This document shows positions 18,179 through 23,972 of a DNA stretch of 25,239 nucleotides, piece after piece; within the stretch, counting starts at the first letter, position 1, and the number at the start of each line of letters is the position of its first letter. The position numbers and the translations under genes are program-made. The stretch comes from an uncultured virus (IMG/VR IMGVR_UViG_3300017963_000022) (lineage: Duplodnaviria; Heunggongvirae; Uroviricota; Caudoviricetes): the IMG/VR virus record IMGVR_UViG_3300017963_000022, one strand, 5' to 3'. The notes beneath the pieces were generated by a model. The model was not told where the DNA came from. It did not search any database and saw only the letters and a program-made list of their open reading frames with translations.

Positions 18179-18313
18179 TTACCCCCTTCCTCTCGGCTTG
18201 GAAAGTGTCATTAGAACAAGACCACCTACTCCTAAAGCCGAGATAAAATAAATACCTACAACAAGGCCAAAGATGATAGCTGTAATGTAGAGACCTCCTT
18301 CAAATTTACCCAT
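18179..18313 (-). CDS. Small membrane protein, 44 aa
   Basis: Own translation MGKFEGGLYITAIIFGLVVGIYFISALGVGGLVLMTLSKPRGRG, with an AAGGAG RBS. Confidence 0.6.
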   Translation of the reverse strand: MGKFEGGLYITAIIFGLVVGIYFISALGVGGLVLMTLSKPRGRG

Positions 18314-18323
18314 GTTAAACTCC

Positions 18324-18476
18324 TTACCAATCTAACCATTCTTCTCCATTGTCTTCAGAGTCATCGTCAATAATTTCGAGCATTTCTTCTACATGCTCTT
18401 CAATAACAGGCTCCTCAACCGGAGAAACTTCAACCTCATCTGGTAAATCTGGAAATGGTGGTAGTACTGTTTTCAT
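18324..18476 (-). CDS. Small very acidic protein, 50 aa
   Basis: Own translation MKTVLPPFPDLPDEVEVSPVEEPVIEEHVEEMLEIIDDDSEDNGEEWLDW, with an AAGGAG RBS. Confidence 0.65.
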   Translation of the reverse strand: MKTVLPPFPDLPDEVEVSPVEEPVIEEHVEEMLEIIDDDSEDNGEEWLDW

Positions 18477-18486
18477 TTTATTCTCC

Positions 18487-18564
18487 TTATAAAGTTTTTA
18501 ACCATTGAGCAAGCTGGTACGCTAAGAACGCACCAAAAAGAAATCCTAGAGCGTAGCCAATCAT
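18487..18564 (-). CDS. 25 aa single-TM peptide
   Basis: MIGYALGFLFGAFLAYQLAQWLKTL with an AAGGA RBS; the stop abuts the next RBS. Confidence 0.45.
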   Translation of the reverse strand: MIGYALGFLFGAFLAYQLAQWLKTL

Positions 18565-18579
18565 ATTATATCCTTAACT

Positions 18580-18605
18580 AAAAGAAGCACTCTTGCGAGT
18601 GCTTC
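18580..18605 (-). terminator. Intrinsic terminator
   Basis: GAAGCACTC-GCAA-GAGTGCTTC followed by TTTT, just after the 18626-19021 stop. Confidence 0.75.
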
Positions 18606-18625
18606 AGTCTTAAATCTTTTTAAGC

Positions 18626-19021
18626 TTACATGAAGCCGAAGGGTTCTTCTTCTCCAGCTTTGAGAGCTTCTACAAAAGCCTGAGTTGCCTTTTTGTCTGT
18701 TAGTCTCCCCCTGCGTTTACCATGCTCGTGTGTGCGGGTGCGAGGTTTTTGTGACCGGAAGAGATACTTAACTGGTATCCTCTGTTGAACTTGTTTTGTG
18801 GTCTCGTCCCATTCTACACGATTTACAATTGGAAGGACATCCTCTTGAGAAATTAGTTCAAAACCGAGCTTTGCTGTGGCAATATTTCTCCACTTCCGTC
18901 CTTCCTTCTCTTCGAGAATTGCATAGAGTTGATTCTCTGAATCAGCCTCTAAAATAATACGCCGTCTCTTTTTAGTGTTTAGCTGTCCGAGAAGGTATAA
19001 AAATGAATCCTTGTTTCTCAT
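18626..19021 (-). CDS. Hypothetical basic protein, 131 aa
   Basis: Has its own promoter, an AAGGAG RBS and a terminator. Confidence 0.75.
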   Translation of the reverse strand: MRNKDSFLYLLGQLNTKKRRRIILEADSENQLYAILEEKEGRKWRNIATAKLGFELISQEDVLPIVNRVEWDETTKQVQQRIPVKYLFRSQKPRTRTHEHGKRRGRLTDKKATQAFVEALKAGEEEPFGFM

Positions 19022-19089
19022 AGTTTTACTCCTTTTCTAGAGTCTTGTTAATCTATTCGGAGTTTCTGAGGTGAACTCCTACTTATATA

Positions 19090-19158
19090 ATTATACCTCA
19101 GAATGTCAAGACTGTCAAGGGTGAGTATTCCTTTTTTAGAAAACTCGAAAATTGAGTT
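19090..19158 (-). promoter_or_regulatory. Consensus sigma70 promoter with conserved upstream element (copy 1)
   Basis: TTGACA(19118-19113)-17 nt-TATAAT(19095-19090); 19113-19158 matches 25027-25072 at 40 of 46 positions. Confidence 0.85.
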
Positions 19159-19358
19159 CATTGGTCTAAAAACCAAACATTATTCACTGACCATCTCCAC
19201 CAAACGTAAACATAACTCAAAATAGTTATGTAACCAATGGTAAAGTTAGCATAAAAAATTAAGCCAGAGCAGAATGTACTAAGCCAGAGAAAGAAGAAAA
19301 ATGCTCTATTCTGTTTTACGGAGTATCCAACATACTTCTTTTTTATTGTGATTTTCAT
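19158..19358 (-). CDS. Small membrane protein, 66 aa
   Basis: Two hydrophobic stretches; GAGG RBS; follows the upstream stop by 2 nt. Confidence 0.6.
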   Translation of the reverse strand: MKITIKKKYVGYSVKQNRAFFFFLWLSTFCSGLIFYANFTIGYITILSYVYVWWRWSVNNVWFLDQ

Positions 19359-19360
19359 TT

Positions 19361-20188
19361 TTAGTAAACCTCAAAAAGTTTGTAAGCAAGATAGAGATAT
19401 ACACCGACAATTACTCCGACAAAGAACAGGTAATAAAGAGCATCAAGAGCAAAATTAAACTTTGAAACATTATCAATTGTTTCTTGAATAGAGGTTTCAT
19501 AATTTACTTCGAGTCTACGGCGACCTAGTGGGTCACTGATCTCTCCATTTAAAAACCTGAAAAATACTGTAGCATTGAAAATACGAGGTAGAACTGCGTA
19601 TTTATATCGGATGTTTCCTATACGATCTCCAGGGCCATTTGGATACCAGTAGTTATTTCTCACATTTGTTTGTAATTCAGGAGTATAGATATTTTTTCCA
19701 GCGGTGTGTGTAGTATAGAAGCTAAATAGATGTGAAGGAAACTCTGCACCAGAGAAGGTATAAGAGTTACTAGCCCAAGTATTAGAGCCTACACCATCCC
19801 ACGAATATGTGACAACAGTCTCCGTAGTACAGTTACCGTCCTCATCACATGTAGTTACAGTGTCAACATGCATGGTATATCTCTGCTTATTGTAGTGAAT
19901 TATAGCAAAACTCCCAACAAGCTCAGGCACTTGTTGGGGTTCTTGTGCTACAAACTCACCAGTTGCGAGAACATCACCTGCATCGGTTCTCATGGTATAT
20001 TGAAATAACTCAGTGTTCTGGTCGATCTGTATAGCCTGAGAATACAGTTCTTGTTTTTCTAGCCGACTCTCGAAGATGGGTTGGTATGCAAAGATAGCAC
20101 CACCAATGGCGAGAAATAGAACAACTATTCCAATGAGCCACTCTTTCCAGGAAATGTCCTCATAGCCTCGTGAGTAGTAGTATGACAT
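19361..20188 (-). CDS. Membrane protein with N- and C-terminal TM helices and an extracytoplasmic domain (LemA-adjacent)
   Basis: Hydrophobic segments at both ends; translationally coupled to lemA. Confidence 0.8.
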   Translation of the reverse strand: MSYYYSRGYEDISWKEWLIGIVVLFLAIGGAIFAYQPIFESRLEKQELYSQAIQIDQNTELFQYTMRTDAGDVLATGEFVAQEPQQVPELVGSFAIIHYNKQRYTMHVDTVTTCDEDGNCTTETVVTYSWDGVGSNTWASNSYTFSGAEFPSHLFSFYTTHTAGKNIYTPELQTNVRNNYWYPNGPGDRIGNIRYKYAVLPRIFNATVFFRFLNGEISDPLGRRRLEVNYETSIQETIDNVSKFNFALDALYYLFFVGVIVGVYLYLAYKLFEVY

Positions 20189-20736
20189 TATTGATTACCC
20201 CCAAAGAGATCATCGGGCATCTCGGTGTCGGTGAACTCCAAATAAGAGTAATCAATTTTGTTGTAGCCCAAAATATTGAGAATGAGGCTGTTTGGAAACT
20301 TGCGAGTAAACTTCCGATACTCTTGAACGAAGGTATTCACAGTTTTCCGATGATTGGCAATGAGATTTTCAGTAATGGACAACTCATTCATCAACTCTTT
20401 ATAGGTGTCCACCGCCTGAAGTTCAGGGTATCTCTCGACAACCACTCCTAAATTGTATAAAGCCTCATCAACGTTTCCAGTTTCCGCTGAAGAACGAGCT
20501 TCAGTAATAAGCAGGAGTGTATCCTGCTCATAGGTACTGGCTTGCTCTACAACTTCCACCAAGCTCAAGATCAAATCAATTCTCCGTTTTTCTTGGATGC
20601 TCACATCTGAGAGGGTATTGTTGATCTTTTCCTCCAGGGTGATTGCGGAGTTGTATTTTGAAGCAAAACAACCTCCTAACATGAGGATAACCGCAATCAC
20701 AATTCCGATAAAAATGTATTTTTTGTCAATCTTCAC
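20188..20736 (-). CDS. lemA: LemA family protein
   Basis: N-terminal TM, YN...LEE, RR.DLI..LV, ERYPEL.A, L...EN.I...R and FP motifs. Start moved to GTG 20736 (GTGA overlap, GGAG RBS). Confidence 0.88.
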   Translation of the reverse strand: MKIDKKYIFIGIVIAVILMLGGCFASKYNSAITLEEKINNTLSDVSIQEKRRIDLILSLVEVVEQASTYEQDTLLLITEARSSAETGNVDEALYNLGVVVERYPELQAVDTYKELMNELSITENLIANHRKTVNTFVQEYRKFTRKFPNSLILNILGYNKIDYSYLEFTDTEMPDDLFGGNQ

Positions 20737-20969
20737 GACACTTCTCCCTGCTGGTTCTTCCAGCTTAGGATATAAAACACGATCAACATGACAAATGAGA
20801 AATCTCCAAAAAGTAGAACAGCTACCCAAGGATTCTCGACGCTCGCTAATTCAATTGGATTAGAGAGTAGGTAGATCGTGTTTACCCACGAACTAAATCC
20901 AAGTAGAGCGATACATAGACCGCCAATAAATGCGGCTCCATTGAAGAGATACATGAAACAGGACTTCAT
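20733..20969 (-). CDS. Small two-TM membrane protein
   Basis: AGGAGGT RBS; hydrophobic segments. Confidence 0.7.
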   Translation of the reverse strand: MKSCFMYLFNGAAFIGGLCIALLGFSSWVNTIYLLSNPIELASVENPWVAVLLFGDFSFVMLIVFYILSWKNQQGEVS

Positions 20970-20978
20970 TTCAACCTC

Positions 20979-21083
20979 CTAGTGTTGATTTTTTTGTTTG
21001 GCGAGAAACTCATCGACAATCATCCAAATACCAATTGCCAAGAGTGCTACTCCTGCACCACCAATAGCATAAGCTATAGGCAT
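20979..21083 (-). CDS. 34 aa single-TM peptide
   Basis: MPIAYAIGGAGVALLAIGIWMIVDEFLAKQKNQH with an AAAGGAGGT RBS. Confidence 0.6.
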   Translation of the reverse strand: MPIAYAIGGAGVALLAIGIWMIVDEFLAKQKNQH

Positions 21084-21264
21084 TTTAACCTCCTTTCTAA
21101 ATAATATAGGTGTTATCGTAAAGAGCTTTCCAAGCTACTTTAGCGATATTTTCAAGCTCCTTTAATACCATTCGTGGATGGAAGGAAAGAGTCTTGCATT
21201 TGTCTGTTGTAGACATATTTACTCATCAACTCAGGATAAAGAGTAGTTTCTACATCTGTTGACA

Positions 21265-21543
21265 TTATTTATCTCCTTTTGCAGAAGAAAACTCTTCTGC
21301 TATTTTTTGCTCTAGCTTAGAATAATCAACCTCAACAATGGTTCCTTTTAATGGGAGAGGACAGTGTACAGGAACAGGAAATTCTCCATTCGAAGAGGTC
21401 ATAGTGTTTTGTAATCGAGAACATCTACATGTTTCTTCAAATACTTCTTGTCCAGTCTCAAGTATATCCATTTGCTCACTGAGATCAGAGTATGGACACA
21501 TTGCACAGTCGCAAATCTCTAAAATAACAATTCGTTTAGCCAT
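21265..21543 (-). CDS. Cys-rich hypothetical protein (CxxC...C...PVHCPL)
   Basis: AAGGAG RBS; same Cys pattern as 218-412. Confidence 0.7.
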   Translation of the reverse strand: MAKRIVILEICDCAMCPYSDLSEQMDILETGQEVFEETCRCSRLQNTMTSSNGEFPVPVHCPLPLKGTIVEVDYSKLEQKIAEEFSSAKGDK

Positions 21544-21570
21544 TTTATTCTCCTTGTTTTAATTTACATC

Positions 21571-21697
21571 CATAAACAGGAGTAGAACTGCGATTACAGC
21601 CAGCACCACACGCAACGGTCTCGGTAATTTTATCAGCGAGGACTGAAGGGCTCTCTGGTCGGGGGAGCCCACTGGTTTACCGCTACTCCTGTTTATG
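21571..21697. ncRNA. Candidate structured RNA (15-bp closing stem, three internal hairpins), unidentified
   Basis: Perfect inverted repeat CATAAACAGGAGTAG / CTACTCCTGTTTATG enclosing GC-rich stems. Confidence 0.55.
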
Positions 21698-21716
21698 AAT
21701 ATAAAATAAAGAAGGG

Positions 21717-21754
21717 GGAGATGCACAAATAACGGAGGATACCTGTACATCTCC
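21717..21754 (-). terminator. Long hairpin, possible terminator or processing site
   Basis: GGAGATGTACAGGTA / TATTTGTGCATCTCC pair with G-U on the minus strand, followed by CCCTTCTTTATTTT. Confidence 0.45.
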
Positions 21755-21819
21755 TTTGGATTATAGGAACGTCTTAGAGAATATTATTGGGTTTGCATAT
21801 CTACCTCCTTTCATACAAT

Positions 21820-21937
21820 TAGGCATGGGGAGAATCGAACTCCCACTTTTCTCCAGAAAGGGAATACTCGGTAGCCCTTTTCACTACTACTCCCCCTTGC
21901 GAGACAGAAGAATGTACTACCACAATACGACATGCCT
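21820..21937 (-). ncRNA. tRNA-like RNA with a 54-nt insert in place of the anticodon loop
   Basis: AGGCATG TC GTAT TGTGGTA GTAC A TTCTT [54 nt] GAGAA AAGT GGGAG TTCGATT CTCCC CATGCCT A. Confidence 0.8.
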
Positions 21938-21964
21938 AACAAACTCTATTCTTCAGAGGAATAG

Positions 21965-23548
21965 TTATTCTTCTGTGATGAAGTTACTCATCACGTTTGG
22001 AGTAGCTGTATCAAAACCAACTACGTCCATCATCCCACGATCTCTTGGGTCTGCAATAGTAAAACCATTGGAGACCATACCCACAACAATGAGTTTGGCA
22101 GGGATGCCAGTTTTCTGACGGTAATTGTCAAGAGCTTGCTTCGGATGTACCGTTCTTCCAGCCCATGTTTCGGAGTCGGTGTAAACAATGAAAGCATCCA
22201 CAGGAATGTTTCTCTCCGTAGCATATGTCATTGGAAGAGCACAATCAGTACCACCCATCGGGATTGCAGAGACTTTGCGGATAATATCGTCAAGTCTCTG
22301 ATTTGGCGAAAGTGAAACAGGAACGAGATCATGAGAGAAAGCCATGATTGACCATTTTGGTTCCACTCTCGCAGTAACCATAGCCATTGCCGCAGAGCCT
22401 ACACGAGGAGTAATTCCCGTCATTCCTGCAATAGTCTCCCATTCCATTGAGGCTGATACATCCAGAGCCAGCATTGTTCTCTTTTCTGTGGGTTGCACGT
22501 TGCCAAAAGAGGTATAGAAAGCTGTATTGAGTGCATCAACAAGCTGAGAGACTGGATTCCAGGTCAAACTACCTCTTACTCCTTGTCCATTCTCATATGC
22601 TTTGAGTGCTACAAGCACACCCAATGGGTGAATACGAGCATACTTCAATAACTCATCGTTAGTGACACGCTCGATTACTGTGGAGAGGGCATCGGACATT
22701 GGAGCAATCAATCCAAGATTGGTCATCTTTCCGAGATTGCGAATCATTGCACCCAGGGGCATATTCTCCAACAGTGCTTCCCAAACTTCGGCATGATTGA
22801 GGAATTGTGTTGGGAGCATCTCACGAGTTAGATTGTGTTTTTGGATGAGTTTAACAATTTCGGCAACAGAGGTTGATGCTTTTGCTTGTTCATACGCACT
22901 CAGCAATGGGTGTTGTGGCTCTGTATTCTTGCCGACAATCCAACCAAAGATGTCGTTTTGCTCTGAAGTATCTGGTACAGGTTTGATGAGACGCAGGATG
23001 TCTGCATGAGACCAGCCATCACGTTGCTGATATTTCACAACTTGATGAGCGAGACTATCAGTTTTCCTGTTCTTATACCAAGAGGTTAGTCCCTCTTTAT
23101 AGAGTTTCCCCCGACCCCTGAACTGCTTACAGTACTCAACAAAATGGAACAAGTGAGTACCAATGCGAGCAACTTTTGGAAGCACTGAGAAAGCCAACTT
23201 GCGGGTTTCTTCATCTCCCAATCCTGCACACATCGCCAGGATAAACAGAGCAGGGTCATTCTTTGGAGCTCGTCCAGTTGTCGAGATTTCAACAACTCGG
23301 TTAACCACTCGAACACCATCTTCTTTAATGCACTCTAGAACGTTGAGGGCGTTGTCTTTGGTCAGTTTTTGCTCCTTGACATAATAAGTTCCCCCCTCAC
23401 TTCCGAGAATGAGAAAACGGTCAAGCATATGCCATGCCTCTGCCGCCCACCCAAAACCTCCAGCGTTATTCTGTACTTGGTCATCTCGACCAGGAATACG
23501 CTCATCTTGGGGTGTTTCTCGTGTACTAAATTTTTGGTACGTTTTCAT
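21965..23548 (-). CDS. rsr: Ro60/Rsr TROVE-vWA RNA-binding protein, 527 aa
   Basis: NNAGGF, LDRFLILGSEGGTYY, KYQQRDGWSH.D.LRL, MIDAS DVSAS, GGTDCALPM, VYTDSET and VVGFD motifs. Start moved to MKTYQ (AGGAG RBS). Confidence 0.96.
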   Translation of the reverse strand: MKTYQKFSTRETPQDERIPGRDDQVQNNAGGFGWAAEAWHMLDRFLILGSEGGTYYVKEQKLTKDNALNVLECIKEDGVRVVNRVVEISTTGRAPKNDPALFILAMCAGLGDEETRKLAFSVLPKVARIGTHLFHFVEYCKQFRGRGKLYKEGLTSWYKNRKTDSLAHQVVKYQQRDGWSHADILRLIKPVPDTSEQNDIFGWIVGKNTEPQHPLLSAYEQAKASTSVAEIVKLIQKHNLTREMLPTQFLNHAEVWEALLENMPLGAMIRNLGKMTNLGLIAPMSDALSTVIERVTNDELLKYARIHPLGVLVALKAYENGQGVRGSLTWNPVSQLVDALNTAFYTSFGNVQPTEKRTMLALDVSASMEWETIAGMTGITPRVGSAAMAMVTARVEPKWSIMAFSHDLVPVSLSPNQRLDDIIRKVSAIPMGGTDCALPMTYATERNIPVDAFIVYTDSETWAGRTVHPKQALDNYRQKTGIPAKLIVVGMVSNGFTIADPRDRGMMDVVGFDTATPNVMSNFITEE

Positions 23549-23576
23549 CAGCTTATCTCCTATAAGCAATAGTGAA
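23544..23576 (-). promoter_or_regulatory. Y-RNA-mimic hairpin over the rsr RBS and start codon (putative autoregulatory operator)
   Basis: UUC ACU AUU GCUUAU [AGGAG] AUAAGC U GAU GAA: a 6-bp stem around the SD, a bulged U, then G-U, A-U and U-A pairs using the AUG. Confidence 0.6.
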
Positions 23577-23580
23577 TAAA

Positions 23581-23645
23581 AAGAGAGCAAGTTGGTGATA
23601 GTGGGAGACATCTTAGCAGGATAACCCACTATCTTCAGCTCTCTT
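23581..23645 (-). ncRNA. Y RNA-like element A (65 nt)
   Basis: AAGAGAGC TGAAG ATAGTGGG TTATC ... CCCACTAT CACCAA CTT GCTCTCTT. Confidence 0.85.
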
Positions 23646-23659
23646 ATAAACTCAAAAGA

Positions 23660-23753
23660 AAGGAGAACAAGTTGTGAACTTGGGAGTTTAGGGCTCCTTT
23701 CGGAGTTCCCGCTGGTATAGGTTAGCGATAACCCAAATTCTTCAGTTCTCCTT
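23660..23753 (-). ncRNA. Y RNA-like element B (94 nt)
   Basis: AAGGAGAAC TGAA GAATTTGGG TTATC ... CTCC-GAAA-GGAG ... CCCAAGTTC ACAA CTT GTTCTCCTT. Confidence 0.85.
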
Positions 23754-23755
23754 AT

Positions 23756-23881
23756 TGAGCATGGTGAGATTTGAACTCACGACCTCCTGTTTTGAATGAT
23801 AACCCTCATACTTCAGCCTAACGGCAAGTGAGTGTAAAAGGGAAATGTATACAGGTGCTCTACCAACTGAGCTACATGCTC
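23756..23881 (-). ncRNA. tRNA-Y RNA chimera C: intact tRNA body with a permuted Y module in the anticodon loop
   Basis: GAGCATG TA GCTC AGTTGGTA GAGC A CCTGT [60 nt incl. CCCTTTTAC..CTT GCC GTTA GGC TGAA GTATGAGGG TTATC] ACAGG AGGTC GTGAG TTCAAAT CTCAC CATGCTC A. Confidence 0.85.
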
Positions 23882-23887
23882 ACAAAG

Positions 23888-23962
23888 TCTTGGGGCAAGG
23901 GGGGAGTCAGGGAGAAAAGCTTCTTCAACAAGGAGATAACCCTAAACTCATCAGCCCCAAGA
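23888..23962 (-). ncRNA. Y RNA-like element D (75 nt)
   Basis: TCTTGGGGC TGAT GAGTTTAGGG TTATC ... CCCTGACTC CCCC CTT GCCCCAAGA. Confidence 0.85.
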
Positions 23963-23972
23963 TATTTATGTA

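Noticed and set aside
20737..20829. N-terminal extension of LemA
   Set aside because: It overlaps the upstream gene; GTG 20736 gives typical coupling and places the TM helix at the N terminus.
21097..21265. Two short overlapping reading frames (MSTDVETT..., MSTTDKCK...)
   Set aside because: Cannot decide between a small gene and a frameshifted remnant; no motif support.
21673..21682. RNase P-like GGUAAACC and hammerhead-like CUGA within the unidentified RNA
   Set aside because: The remaining conserved cores (GAGGAAAGUCC; CUGANGA...GAAA) are absent.
21559..21750. 63-aa ORF
   Set aside because: It overlaps two strong RNA structures, and the GGAG is immediately adjacent to the ATG, too close to act as an RBS. 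Not called, though not excluded.
21946..21964. Small hairpin after the rsr stop containing CUGAAG
   Set aside because: No CUUG partner strand or UUAUC; the motif sits in the loop, so it is not a Ro-binding helix.
23549..23629. 27-aa N-terminal extension of Rsr given by the ORF track
   Set aside because: It runs through Y element A and has no RBS; ATG 23548 has AGGAG and matches where Ro60 similarity begins.
23791..23797. Hidden UCA anticodon (AU-UCA-AA) if the insert in element C were an intron, implying UGA suppression or recoding
   Set aside because: No recognisable intron structure and A32 is atypical. The insert is explained as a Y module. TGA works as a stop here (ATGA/GTGA overlaps), and long genes have no in-frame TGA.
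23581..23962. CRISPR array or simple tandem repeat
   Set aside because: Only short motifs recur and stems covary rather than repeat. Unit lengths differ (65-126 nt) and no cas genes are present.
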